64,000 bases of DNA from Eledone cirrhosa (GCA_964016885.1 OZ024761.1:15686001-15750000), one strand, 5' to 3'. Counted from the first letter of the stretch, positions 12,444-26,077 are shown. Numbers and translations are program-made. The notes: a model not told the origin generated them from the letters alone.

Positions 12444-12521
12444 CTTCAAATTATTGCCAGGGGTAGCACTCAGTGCTAACACACGGAAATCCTTGCTTTT
12501 CTTGGCAATTTCTCGTACAAC
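12444..12521 (-). CDS. FANCM: FANCM exon 3 (motif III SAT)
   Basis: 78 nt, VVREIAKKSKDFRVLALSATPGNNLK; tag| acceptor, AAG|GTCAGT donor; not in the ORF track. Confidence 0.93.
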
Positions 12522-12584
12522 CTACAAAACAAGATTTCATCTCAAAATTATTCTATTTCTTTCTACGGCAGAATTTTACATGTT

Positions 12585-12830
12585 AACCCTTTCATTATCA
12601 TATTTCTAATGAAACACACTGTCTATGTCTTTAACCCTTTCAATACCATATTTCTAATGAAAGACACTGCTATGTCTTTAACCCTTTCAATACCATATTT
12701 CTAATGAAAGACACTGTCTATGTCTTTAGCCCTTTCATTACCATATTTCTAATGAAACACGCTGTCTATGTCTTTAGCCCTTTCAATACCATATTTCTAA
12801 TGAAAGACAGTGCCTGTCTTTAACCCTTTC
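12585..12830. repeat. Tandem ~48-bp repeat of a MITE terminus
   Basis: TTAACCCTTTCAATACCATATTTCTAATGAAAGACACTGTCTATGTCT, ~5 copies; resumes at 13807-13925 after the RTE. Confidence 0.8.
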
Positions 12831-13806
12831 TTTTTTATTTTCCAAATGCAGGCAGGTGCTATAGAAGTGGTGGATAGCTTCCGGTTCCTAGATCAGATTA
12901 GCATGGGAGGGGGGTGTTTCCGAGGCCATAGCTTAGTGGTTAGAACATTGGCCTTGCAATCGAAAGGTTGTGAGTTCAATTCTCAGACTGGGTGATGTGT
13001 TGTTTCCTTGAGCAAGACACTTTATTTCACATTGCTCCAGTTTACTCAGCTGTAGAAATGAGATGATAGGGACTGAGGTCCATATCATTCCACTGCAAAG
13101 TGGTCGTGGAGGTGCCACGGCAAAAAAGCACCCAGCACTCACTGTAAATGAGGTTCGTGTTAGGAAGGGCATCCAGCTGTAGAAATCAAGCCAGAATCAG
13201 TTCCCGTCCCACCCTTGCAAGCAGGGAAAAGCGGACGTAAAATGAAATGATGATGATGATGAATGATAGCATCTAGAATAAGGACGGGTTGGAAGAAGTT
13301 TAGGGAGTTGCTTCCTCTGCTGACAAAGAAGGGTTTCTCCCTGCATACAAAAGGCCAGTTATATGATACCTGTGTGAGGAGCGCGATGCTGCATGGTAGT
13401 GAGACATGGGCAGCAACTGCAGGGGATATGCGACAGCTGGAGAGAAATGAGGCAAGCATGCTCCGTTGGATGTGCAGTGCCAATGTGCGTGAACGACCCA
13501 GCATGAATGTGTTGAGAGAGAAACTGTGTCTGAGAGGGATAGAATGTAGTGTGTGAGATAGGAGACTGAGGTGGTATGGACATGTGATGCGCATGGAGGA
13601 TGACCGATGGCTGAAGAAGAGCCAGGAAATGCCAGTTGAAGGAAGACGTGGTAGAGGTAGACCACGAAAAACATGGGCGGAGGTGGTGAAAACAGACCTC
13701 AGATCGCTGAAGCTCATGGTGGAGATGACGAAGGACCGTGACAAGTGGAGAGATGCTGTGCTGAATAAGACCCGTCTCACCTCACGTAAAATGATGATGA
13801 TGATGA
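12830..13806 (+). mobile_element. RTE LINE 3' fragment with nested SINE
   Basis: RIRTGWKKFRELLPLL...AMLHGSETW...GRGRPRKTW; SINE inserted at ~12926-13262. Confidence 0.9.
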
Positions 13807-14452
13807 TTTCTAATGACATTGCCTATTTCTTTAACCCTGCCATTACCATATTTCTATTGAAAGACATTGCCTATGTATTTAACCCTTTCATTACCATATA
13901 TTTAATGAATGACACTGTCTATGTTGCAGACTGGAGAGAAATGAAGCAGCCATGCTTCGTTAGATGTGCAATGTAAATGTGAAAGAAAAGCAGACCTTGG
14001 ACAAGCTGAGTTTAAGAGGAATCCAAAGTGGTGTGCAAGAGAAGAGACCTGCACCTCGTGAGCGATGTCGAGTGTTTTAATGATAGAGTGGGAGGGCTAG
14101 TCTTATCATGAAAAGCAACATGAAATGAAGCATCTTGTTCAAGGACACAATGCACCACCTGGTCCAGTCACCAAGCCCACAACCTCATGATTGCGAGTCC
14201 AACACCCTTAACAAATAGGCCCCACTCACTGATGAGAGCCAATGGAAGAGTCCATTAATGCAGAGGTGTAATGGGACTAAAACAGCCCATTAATAATTGT
14301 TTCTACGTTTGGCACAAGGCCAGCAATTACCCAAGTGCATTACTGGTGCTTTATTTTATCAACCCCGTAAGGATGAAAGGCAAAGTTAGCCTTGGCGGGA
14401 TTTGAACTCAGAACGTAAAGGGCCATAACTCTATGCAGGAAAAGCAACATAC

Positions 14453-14625
14453 CTGACAGTAGGCATAGTTGCCCAGAGACTTATGCGCTTCGTCCACAAC
14501 AACACACTTGATAAACTCCGATTGGCAAGTGGCTCGGCTCAAATCATTTGTCAAGACCTGTGGCGTGAGGAATATTAATCTTTTGTCTTGCCACAGTCTT
14601 CGGCGTGACGCCGGCGCCATTTTAC
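14453..14625 (-). CDS. FANCM: FANCM exon 2 (DEAH box)
   Basis: cag|GT acceptor, phase matches exon 1; FLTPQVLTNDL...VVVDEAHKSLGNYAYCQ; CAG|GTATGT donor. Confidence 0.95.
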
Positions 14626-15049
14626 CTGTGGGGGAAAACATAAAGAAAGAAAAACATCATCTCTTTGATAAAGGAATTGCTCAGTTTGGTTGTTCATTTA
14701 TTCTTTTACTGTTTATCATTAGATTGTGGCCATGCTGGGGCACTGCTTTAAATGGATTTAGTCTGTTACTATTTTAATGGTTTCAGTCCTTAAACTGTGG
14801 CCATGTTAGAGCACTGCTTTAAATGCTTGGATGTTCATTTATTGTTTTACTGGTTTCAGTCAGTAGACTGCGGCCATGTTGGGTAATCAAAGTGTGTATA
14901 CATTTTGGGTGGACACCCTATATATATATATGTGTGTGTGTGTGTATATATGCAGAAGTTATATATATATATTTATAATGTACTGGGTAATTGCTGGCCT
15001 TGTGCCAAAAGTAGAAACAGTTATATATATATATTTATTGGATTTATCC

Positions 15050-16365
15050 CCAACTCCAGCTGCTGTGATCAACTTATCGAGTTTCTTGAAGACATCACCC
15101 GGATCACTGATGGCGGCTCATGGGTGGATGTTGTTTACCTTGACTTTGCGAAAGCCTTCAATTCTGTGCCACACAAAAGGCTTATGGCAAAACTCTCTGC
15201 CATGGGTGTGAGGGATGATCTTTTTAACTGGTTGAAGTCCTTCATTCTCAGTCGAAGAGAGGTAGTTACGGTTCTGGGACAGTATTGCTCACCATGAGAT
15301 GTCATCTGGTGTACCACAGAGATCTGTTCTTGGCCCCCTTTTGTTTGTGGCATATATTAATGACATAGATGCCAACTTAAAGAATGACACAGTACTAAAG
15401 TACGCAGATGACATCATGCTGTACCTTGAGATAAAAAGGACAGATCCTGAACACTATAGATCATGCTTGCAGTCTGACCTGGACACAATGTAACAATGGA
15501 TCTCAGACTGGCAACTCAAGCTAGCTGTGGACAAGTGCACCACCATGCATTTTGGGAGTAAAAACCCAGCGTCCACATACTCCCTCCATAGCACTAATAT
15601 CAAGAAGTCTTCTTGTGAACGTGACCTGGGCATTACGGTCAGCAGCGATTTGCGTTGGACGAAGCACGTCTCTAAAATTGTCAAGAGGGCCGAGGGTGTC
15701 TTAGCATCACTCAGCAAGACCTTTGTCAGCCGCTCTCCAGCTATCTATTTGAAGCTGTATATGGCTATGGTGCAGCCACACTTAGAATTTGCATAACCAG
15801 TCTGGAACCCCTATCTTGCTCAGAACATTGACTGCCTGGAAACTGTTCAGAGACGTGCAACCAAGCGAATACCCTCCATCAGGCATCTACCATACTCTGA
15901 GCGCCTTGCTTCCCTGGGCATCGATTCATTGAAGCTCCAACGCCTGGCAACTGACTTGGTAAACACCCACAAAATTGTTAACCATCTTGCCAACAACAAC
16001 CCTGAGTACCTTTTTGATTTCCATGTGTCTAACACACGTGGACATGCCCACAAAGTCAGAAAACAGTACAGTTCCCATGACTTTCGGAAACATTTTTTCA
16101 CACTCAGAGTTGCTGAAGCATGGAACAAACTACCTGTATCAGTTGTTAGCTGTCGAGACACTGCATCCTTTAAGGCCTCCATGCTTCCCGAGGTTCGCCA
16201 ACACTACACCTAATGTTCCCCCTCCATACACATACACACATGTATACCATGACTCATACACTATTCACTTCCCTGACATTTGTGTATTATTCTATGTACT
16301 ATACATGCACCTTTGACGAGTTATAGTGCACCTGAGCACTTTACACAATAATTTCATTATTATTA
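15050..16365 (+). mobile_element. CR1-clade LINE, 5'-truncated
   Basis: VDVVYLDFAKAFNSVPHKRL, SGVPQRSVLGPLLF, YADD, ERDLGI, TRGH; 3' stem-loop and (ATT)n tail. Confidence 0.92.
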
Positions 16366-16994
16366 TATACACACGACGGGCTGCCGCATAGTTTCTGTCT
16401 GCCAAATTTCACTCATGTGGCATTGATCAACCCGAGGCCATAGTAGAGTAGTGGGACTGAACTCGAAACCACCTGGTTCGTTGTTTTTTTTTTCTTCTTA
16501 CTTTCAATTTAATAATTATTAAACAGGGGAAATAACTCCTCTTTGTTACTGCCGTTTCTTTTTAGGGACCTGAAACACGACATTACCCATGATTGGTATT
16601 ATAATAAAGATTTACCCTTTTTTTTTGGAAAAAAAAAAAGGAAGAGGCTATATAGCCGGTAAGAGTGTCAGACACCATGAGTTGCGGCCCGAGTTAGGAC
16701 AGTTTGAAATCTTTTCCACCATCAATTGTTAAAAAAAAACAAGTTAAAATCATTTAGTCGTCCATTCGTAACGTACGTTACGCTTAGTTACCTACACACA
16801 CACATCTATTCGTAAATACATAAACAGATACAGAAAACAGAAGGGAGGGGCTGGTGAAACGCTATAGCAACGTGTGTTGCATCCCTTTAGTCTTTACCGG
16901 TTACATAGCCTATTCGGAAAAAAAAAAAAGAAATGATAATGTTTTTTTATCAACGTATAACATTAGTACATTCAAAAACTAAATTAAGGTTTAC

Positions 16995-17628
16995 CTGTCA
17001 TCTCAGTCATATCCATTTGTGGAATTCCCATGATGTTGTAGCAAGCTTCGATTTGTTGGGCCACTAATGGTTTCGTTGGGGCCATGAATACAACTTTACC
17101 GGAGGGATACCAACGATAGAAGTTGAACATAACCACAGCAGCGATGAAGGTTTTTCCCAGACCAGTCGGTAAAACCACCAGCGTGTTCTTGAAGAGGGCT
17201 TCTTTCGCTATTTCGAATTGGTACTGACGTACAGGGTAGTTGGTGGGGTAAATCCAAATCCTACCGGCGAATTTGTCAAAACCTGGCAGATCAGGGATGC
17301 TTTTTAAATCGATTTCGTCCTCGTCAGATTCGATGTCAGCTCCAGCTGCAGTACCACCATCCCCACTTCCACCACAAGCGCCATCGATACCAGAATATAT
17401 CGTGTTGTTCCCATGGGGCGATGTCACCCCACTTTGGTTAGATTCCAAAGCTTGTATTAACATATCATCGACATCGTCGTCACTACTCATCACAATGGTC
17501 GTTGCAGACGAGTTATTTTTCGCCCCCCAAGTCTGGAATAAAGTCGTCTGGATGCTTCCAATTCCACCCTTCGCCGTAACTTTATTTGTTTTTTTGTCCT
17601 TCATTGCTGTAAATTTATATTTTGGCAT
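16995..17628 (-). CDS. FANCM: FANCM coding exon 1 (DEAH helicase N-terminus)
   Basis: ORF MPKYKF...WIYPTNYPVRQYQFEIAKEALFKNTLVVLPTGLGKTFIAAVVMFNFYRWYPSGKVVFMAPTKPLVAQQIEAC, typical of FANCM/Mph1 (Walker A LPTGLGKT); donor G|GTAAAC after 16995. Confidence 0.96.
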
Positions 17629-17699
17629 GTTTGAATAAAGTTATGGCCACAATACTACTCGACGTTTTAAAAACCTGCTCGAAAGTGTTAAGTATGTAA

Positions 17700-17790
17700 T
17701 GACCTACACTCCGCGGGCTCAGCTCAGCCAATCGCGACCAGCGTAAGAGAATGTAATCTCTACACACTGAGGGAAAAATTAAGGCGTCAG
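17700..17790 (-). promoter_or_regulatory. Putative FANCM promoter
   Basis: CpG-rich patch ~70-160 bp upstream of the ATG with CCAAT (17728-17732) and TCGCGA. Confidence 0.35.
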
Positions 17791-19049
17791 GCTCAAAAAC
17801 TCTCCCTCTTGACCGTGCTAAGGTAAAGACCACTGATTCTCTTGCTCCGTGAACACAAACAATATGTAACGGTGAGATTTGCACTCTGGCCTGTCGGCCT
17901 TCCTTGGGCCTGGCACAATGCCACATTCCTTTTGTAGCCCTTTTATGTTTAACTTCAACCATACAATTTAACAAACATTACTTTGTGCTACAACAAAATA
18001 AACATACATTTCATCTCTTATTTCTGCTGTTGATATCATTATTATGTTACTCGTGTCCCAATTACATTTATATAATTCGCTGCTAAAAGTATATATAAAC
18101 ATTTATTTACGAATGGCGGAATACAATAAAACAGAATAGCAATGATGTTATTTCCAACAGAGAGAAGAAATATGATGGGGAAAAGACTAATGAAGACACG
18201 GCTGGATAGTTTGAAGGAAAACCTTTCAAACAACTTAAGATCACATAGAAAGAGGGTGCCGTATGACAACAGAGCTGAGATAATTGGTAACTTCTTATTA
18301 CTAAATGTACTAGACAACTAACGGGAGGAATAAAGTAATAAAGTTTAGTATCTAATATATTATATATAAATATAAATTCGTTACACTTTATATATATACA
18401 ATACGTTATATATATATATGTGTGTGTGTTGTTTACATACACATTTATCTTAGTTTCGGTTAAACCCTGTACTGTTCCTGTGTAGTGACGAATTTAAAAA
18501 ATTACAATTTAAAGTAATAGTAATAAATAATATTTGTACCAGGACCAAACCAGAAAATGGTAAACATTGGATTTTCAAATCATACATAATCACACGCGCT
18601 TCTTCAACTTCCTGTTCACTGAGACTTCCGGGAGTTTGTTATTTAACCCTAGGTCAGTCCTCGTGTAAGCAATAAATTTGAGACCCTTCTCTAAAAAATA
18701 AATAAAATTATAATCAGGTAAAAATTTTTTTTTTTTAATAATTATACATGATTATCAGTATCGGTAGCGCGCCAGACACCATGCTTTACAACATGGAGTT
18801 ATGGCCCTTTACGTTCTAAGTTCAAATCCCGCCGAGGTTAACTTTCCTTTCATCCTCACGAGGTCGATAAAAATAAAGCACTGGGGTAATTGCTGTACTT
18901 GTGGCAAAAGTAGAAACAATTATTTATTAATGATTACATAATTAAATTAGTTACAAAATGTTCCTTTTGTCACATGCCAAAATAAAAATATATTTTTAAA
19001 ATGAGGGCCCCTGAGCCTGTGTGGCCTTGAGCTATAGATTATAGGGAAG

Positions 19050-19640
19050 TCCAGTTATTTCTGAATTTTGTTCCGTTCGGCAACGGAAGCAGTGATCCCC
19101 ACAATTACCGCGATGTGGGAATGAGCAAAAGACCCACTGGCTGTGGCGTTCAGATGAGACACCTACCCCTTACATACGGACAAAGAGTAAGGCTGTCTAG
19201 CCTCTTCACATCACTACTGGATAATCTTGTAATTATTTTTTCCAGCCTGTCGTGTTCGAGACGTTTGATGGAGTTGAGCCGCTGACAGCGTAGTTCTTGT
19301 CATCGCTGGCGGCTCGCCTTACTGAGGTATCAGGTGATGCCCGTGAGGGTGCCTGGTTGTTCAGTGCCTAAGCTTCGCCATCACCCGGTCATATCGAGGT
19401 GTCATGCGATGCCCGTGAGGGTGCCTGGTTGTTTCAATGCCTAAGTGCCGCTGACAGCGTAATCCGTCATCGCTGGCGGCTCGCCTTACTGAGGTATCAG
19501 GTGATGCCCGTGAGGGTGCCTAAGCCTCGCCATCATCGGGTCATGTGATGCTCGTGACGGTGCCTGGTTGTTGCAACGGCTTAGCCTCGCCATCACCCCT
19601 GGTAATATTGCGAGCGTGTTGGGTTGCCTCAAAGCGTTTT
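19050..19640 (+). mobile_element. CRE-like (RLE endonuclease) non-LTR retrotransposon 3' remnant with internal duplications
   Basis: FQPVVFETFDGVEP...FLSSLAARLTEVSGDAREGAWL...QRLSLAITPGNIASVLG. Confidence 0.7.
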
Positions 19641-21824
19641 GTTGACTCTCATGATGTGTGGCCGATTGTCGCACTTGGTGGAAAATTGTTGGTCGTTTTT
19701 GTTTAACCGTATATATTTGTTAACTATTGAATATATTATTTGTGTCTATTTTCATTCAGTAAGTCCAGCATGATGATCTCAGACGATCATCTGATCGTAC
19801 CACAATATAAATAACAATTGTTTCTACTTTTGGGACAAGGCCAGCCATTACCCAGTTCATTACTGGTACTTTATTTTATCGACCTGGTAAGGATGAAAGG
19901 CAAAGTTAACCTCGACGGGATTTGAACTCAGACTATAAAGGGACGTAACTATGCTGGAAAGCATGGCGTCTGATTGTGTACAGTGCTCTGGTGTATTACA
20001 GCACCCTTCCGTCGCCAAGAAAGGAGGTGAATGCTACTACCACTCACCAATTTAGTAAAATTTATGCTGATATTCTTATTCCGAAATTCTACCTTGGAAT
20101 TATTATTACGAATCGGCTAATAATTGTTTCTGCTTTTGGCACAAGGCCAGCAATATACCCAGTGCATTACTGGTACTTTATTTTATCGACCCCGTAAGGA
20201 TGAAAGGCAAAGTTAACCTCGGCGGGATTTGAACTCAGAACGTAAAGGGCCATAACTCTATGCTGTAAAGCAAGGTGTGGTTTTGTTCATTTGATGCGGG
20301 AATGGTCGGGAGACCATGTCTCGCTCGCACAGAATTGTCTCTGGCAGGTTTTTTTACAACTGGACGCCCTTCCTAACACCAGCCACATTTACAGTGTGGA
20401 CTGGGAGCCTTTTCACCATGTCTCCTACATGGCCACCTTAGTGTGAACTGTTGTGTCATCGACACAGTAGACGGAACGGGAAAGGAAGGGTGGTGTAGGG
20501 TGTACACTGAGTTAAGAGTGCCTACTGACTAATATATATAGTTTTTCCTTAAATATATTTTTTACTTGCTATGTTCTTAATCTTAATATCGGTTGGACTG
20601 CCAAGTTTTTTTCATGGCACCAGCACTACCTCATTAGAGGGTGGACTGGGTACTCTTTTCATGGCTCTAACACTGCCTCATTACAGGGTGGACTGGATGC
20701 TTTGCATCACTGCACCAGCACTACCACCTTACAGGGTTGACTAGGTGCTTTTTTATGGCCCCATTACTACCACATTACAGGGTGGACTGGGTGCTTTGCA
20801 TCACAGCACCAGCACTACCTTACTGGGTAGACTGGTGCTTTTTTCATGGCACCAGCAGTACCTCATTACAGGGTGGACTGGGAGTTTTATGTCACAGCAC
20901 CAGTAGTTCTTTATTACAGGGTGGAGTGGGTGTTCTGTGGCATAACACCATGTATACTACAAACCCGTAGTTAACCATAGATATTAGAATGGTTCATGGT
21001 ATTAAATCTGTTGAAAGTAGATGATACCAGTTGTTTATGATGACTGGTGGTGATGTCAAGTGAGGGTTATGATGACTGGTGGTGATGGTGATAGCAATGA
21101 TGATGATGGTGATGTCAACTGGGAGTTATGATGACTGGTGGTGATGGTGATAGCAATGATGATGATGGTGATGTTAAGTGAGGGTTATGATGATGACGGT
21201 GATGTCAAGTGGGGGGGGGGGTTATGATGACTGGTGGTGATGGTGATAACAATGATGATGATGATGGTGATGTTAGTAAGGGCTGTGGTGGTGGTGGTGG
21301 TGATGATGGCAATGATGATGATGGTATTAACAGTAAGGGTTGCTATGGTGGTGGTGATGACGGCAATGGGCAGTAAAACAAAAACAACAACAACAACAAA
21401 ACACAAAATCCATGTTAAATAGACATCTCATTTATTTATTTATTTTTCAAAATTTGTTGTTTTCCTCACAATTTCATATATAACCATTTTCTCTTCATAT
21501 CATTACAAAAGCTGAAACTGTTACCATGGTAATAATATTATTACAAATAAACATCAAATTGTTGTTATTACCATTATTATTATTGTTGTTACAACTTTTA
21601 CACAAAAAAAAAAAAAAAAAAAATGGGCCCATGACTCCTGATAGAATTGTAGGGGTGTCATCCTGGGAATTTTAACCCTTACAGAACCCATCCCCTCTCT
21701 AGGTCTCAACACAGCTGATTTCTTCCAAAGAAGAAGAGCAGACAGAGAGAGCAAGAGAGAGAGAGGGGAGGGGAAGGAGAGAAAGAAAGAAACAAAGAGA
21801 TATAGAGGAAGAATTGACTTCAGT

Positions 21825-23340
21825 ATTAAACTGGTACTTTATTTTATTGACCTTGAAGGGATGAAAGGTAAAGTTGACCGTGGCAGGTTTTGAACTCAGA
21901 GTTGTAGAGAGCTGGAATACCAGACAAACCATTCTAACAACTCTGCCACTTTACCTCCTTTACAAAGAGTAATAATATTATTTCTACTTTTGGCACAAGG
22001 CCAGCAATTACCCAAGTGCATTACTGGTACTTTATTTTATCGACCCTGTAAGGATGAAAGGCAAAGTTAACCTGGCTGGGTTTGAACTCAGGACGTAAAG
22101 GGCCATAACTCCTTAATAATAATAATGGTTTCTTATATAGGCACAAGGCCAGCAATTTGGGGAGAGGGGGGGGGGGGAATCAATTAAATCAACCCCAGTG
22201 CATTACTGGTACTTTATTTTATCAACCCCGTAAGGATGAAGGGCAAAGTTAACCTGGCGAGATTTGAACTCAGAACATAAAGGGCCATAACTCAATAATG
22301 ATAATAATAATTTCTAACATAGGCACAGGGCTATTTACTAAGAATTCAAAGAGAAAGGGAATTTCATCAATTAAATCGACCCCAGTTTTTGACTAGTACT
22401 TTATTTTATCAACTCTGCTAGAAGGATGGAAGCCAAGGCTGACCCCTGAACACAAAGGAGTTATAACTAAATACCACAAGGCATTTTCTCCAACACCCTA
22501 AACATTCAGACAAGGCCAGCAATTTTAAGGGAATTATGTTGACCTCAGTACATCACTGGTATTTTACTATATCTAACCCTGGAAGGATGAAAGACAAAGT
22601 TGACCTCAGAATGTTAAGGATCGCACCTAAATACTGCAAAGCATTATGTCTGACTCCCTAACAAGTCTGCCAATTCTTTGCCCTCACTATCTTGTTTCTA
22701 CTATTGGTACAAGGCCAGTAATTTTAGGGGGAGGGGAAAGGCGATTAAATAAACTCCAGTACATTACTGGTACTTCATTAACCCAGTAAGAATGAAAGGC
22801 AAACCTAACTTCAGTGGGATTGGAACTCAGAACGCAAAGGGCCATAACTCCATGCTGCAAAGCATGCTGTCCAACACTACCAATACTACCAATCCACTGC
22901 CCTTATAATAATAATTTCTACTATAGGCACAAAGCCAGCAATTTGGGGAGAGGGGAAAGTCAATTAAATATACTTCAGTGCATTACTGGTACTTTATTTT
23001 ATTGACCCTGTAAGGGTGAAAGTCAAAGTTAACCTCAGTGGGATTTGAACTCAGAACGTAAAGGGCCAAATTCTATGCCGCAAAGCATGGCGTCTGACCC
23101 TCTACCGATACTGCCAATCCACAATAATAATAATAATAAAACTAATGGTTTCTAATTTAGACACAAGACCAGCAATAATGAGAGGAAGTGGGGAAAGTTG
23201 ATTCAGTCAACCCCGAAAGGATGAAAGGCAAAGTTGACCTCAGCGGGATTTGAACTCAGAACATAGAAAGTCGTAATTAAATGCTGCAAAGCATTTTGTC
23301 TGACAGAAATAATTGTTTCTACTTTAGGCACAAGGCCAGC
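21825..23340 (-). mobile_element. Cluster of ~8 co-oriented SINEs with a GCCTTTCATCCTTACGGGGTCGATAAAATAAAGTACC core (Meta-domain-like)
   Basis: Repeated core with (AAT)n tails; further copies at ~2430, 2695, 4026, 14293, 18760, 19815, 20120, 33900-34880, 35500, 37080, 63135. Confidence 0.85.
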
Positions 23341-24104
23341 AATTACCCAGTGCATTACTGGTACTTTATTTTATCGACCCCGTAAGGATGAAAGGCAAAG
23401 TTAACCTCGCCGAGGTTAACTTTGCCTTTCATCCTTACGGGGTCGATAAAATAAAGTACCAGTAATGCACTGGGATAATTGCTGGCCTTGTGCCAAACGT
23501 AGAAACAATAATAATAACTCCTAATTAAGGTGTAAGACCAGCAAATCTTTATTGGCTCCAGGAGGGGGGATAAAAGGCAAAGTTGAATCTGAACCTGACA
23601 GAATTTGAACATATATGACAACATAGAAATTGCACCAGGTTAATTCTGCGTTTCATCCTTCTGGCAGGGTTGATAATGAAATAAAGTACCAGTCATGCAC
23701 TGAGATGAGAGATGGGGGATGAGGGGGTCGATATATATTCAACTAACTCCCACTGCCCCTCCTGATATTTCTGACTTTGTGTCTATGTTAAAAATAATAA
23801 TAAGAAGAATAAGAGCTCATGTATCCTATACAGTATAATACATTTTCATTATGTACAGAGTTTTTTTTTTTCCTTTCATATGACCAGAAGAAGACGAAGA
23901 AAAAAGTTAACAAGGAAACAATCCCTTCACCTTAAATTTTGTCAGGGCCCCCTTTTTTTAGATGAAATCATCATCATCATTTTCATCATGTTTAATAATA
24001 AGGGGACCTTGTCAGAAACAAAAAGAAAACAAAAAAAACAGAATAATGTAAAAACTGCAAGCATCATCATTAGCAAAATGGCTGTAACGGTATTTGAATC
24101 GAGT

Positions 24105-24105
24105 T

Positions 24106-24149
<44 letters not shown>

Positions 24150-24720
24150 TGTGTGCGTGTGTGTGTGTGTGCGTGTATATATGTATATGCATGAAGTGAT
24201 ATATGCGTGCATCTGTCGATATATATAAATATATGTACACAAATATGTATACATATATATACACATATATATATATATATGTATACATATATGTATACAT
24301 ATATATATACACATATGTATACATATATATACACATATATATATATGTATACATATATATAGGTATACATATATATATACATATATGTATACATATATAT
24401 ATAGACATATGTATACATATATTAATGTTTATGTGTTTATAGATATATACGCACAAATATATATATATATATATGTACATATATACACACACACATACAT
24501 ACAAAATATATACATATTTTACATATGCATATATTATAAACACATGTACATTCATACATATATTACACACATACATACACACACACACGCACACATACAT
24601 ACATTCATACATACATACATACACATACATGCATATGCATACATACATACATAAAGTTAAGGACTGAAAGAGAGAGAGAGAGAGTGACACAAACACACAC
24701 ACACACACACACACACAAAA
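24105..24720. repeat. TG/TA/CA compound microsatellite
   Basis: Seen directly. Confidence 0.9.
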
Positions 24721-24863
24721 AAACCAGACAGATAGATAGAGGGAGGAAGTGTGAAGGGGGAGGGGGAGGAGGAGGTTAAGAAGTAAAGAAACGAAGGTGT
24801 TCATGGCAAGCTGTCTTTTCCACAGTCCTAGTACCCCTCTTCCTCCTCCTCCTATCCCTCCTG

Positions 24864-25085
24864 CTACTCCAGTCCACTAGTCAGGACATATTTCACAATG
24901 TAAGCAAAGGCTGCAAACACAACGACCACCAAAAGGTTGACAACAGCGTTGCTGAAGCCACTGTTGCGATAATTCCGTGTCAGCTGTACAGAATTGTTTG
25001 ACGTGCTATCGTTGTTTGCTGCATCTGACTGCTCAGAGCGTAATGCATTCTGTTGTCTCCGCAACTTCTGTTCACAGCGAATATT
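24864..25085 (-). CDS. UBE2J2: UBE2J2 last coding exon (C-terminal tail anchor)
   Basis: 222 nt, ...AVVNLLVVVVFAAFAYIVKYVLTSGLE*; total CDS 708 nt = 235 aa + stop. Confidence 0.94.
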   Translation of the reverse strand, partial: NIRCEQKLRRQQNALRSEQSDAANNDSTSNNSVQLTRNYRNSGFSNAVVNLLVVVVFAAFAYIVKYVLTSGLE

Positions 25086-25864
25086 CTGCAAGAAGAAATT
25101 TTTTTTAAATACTAGAAATTTTTTTTTTTTTTCCATACGCTCACGCATATTTGTATAGGTGAAGGTGCGTGTGCGTGTGTGCGTGCGTGTATGTGCATAT
25201 GCATACATTTATATGTATGAGTATCATCATTCATCATCATTTCATTTTACGTCCGCTTTTTCCCTGCTTACAAGGGTGGCACGGGAACTGATTCTGGCTT
25301 GATTTCTACAGCTGGATGCCCTTCCTAACACCAACCTCATTTACAGTGAGTGCTGGGTGCTTTTTTGCCGTGGCACCTCCACGACCACTTTGCAGTGGAA
25401 TGATAGGGACCCCAGTCCCTATCATCTCATTTCTACAGCTGAGTAAACTGGAGCAATGTGAAATAAAGTGTCTTGCTCAAGGAAACAACACATCACCCGG
25501 TCTGAGAATTGAACTCACAACCTTTCAATTGCAAGGCCAATGCTCTAACCACTAAGCCATGTGCCTCCAGAGTATATAAATATAAACGTGTAAACACAGA
25601 CACGCTCAGGCATACATTCACACAAACACACAGCGTAGTTTTTTTCACCATCCCCTTCCTTTCTTTTACACACACATACATTCACACAGGCAACAGATGT
25701 AAAGAGAGAGGAGTAGTATGAGGTAGTCAAACTACTCCTCACTCTCTCTATGTATTGTGATAGAATAGCAGAAATTTACATATAAATATATGTAGTCTAG
25801 CAAAACGTTTGTAAATCTATTAAATGCTTTAATAATAATCCTTGTCTATACTTTAGTTTATATA

Positions 25865-26075
25865 GATACTCCCTGGCGAGGAATGCACCTCCCAACATAA
25901 CCTAGTAGTCAACGACCTCATTGTCAGAGCTAGCCAAACTTGGAAACAGAAAGCAACCTGGAGGGGAAATATTTAGAAGTTGAAAGAGCCCTTAGCCAGT
26001 AACAGATTTAGAGATATTCTGCTTGGCACCTATGACAGTAAAGAAGAACATATAGAGACATTCAATATAGAAAAG
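25865..26075 (+). mobile_element. RTE endonuclease/linker fragment
   Basis: IPGEECTSQHNLVVND-like translation followed by KLKEPLASNRFRD. Confidence 0.65.
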
Positions 26076-26077
26076 CA

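Noticed and set aside
14228-14260. CTGATGA at ~14229 (and ~38465 -)
   Set aside because: Lies in SINE-associated sequence with no second core half.
18100-18340. Possible divergent gene at the FANCM promoter
   Set aside because: No splice-consistent ORF; looks like a decayed LINE 3' end with stops.
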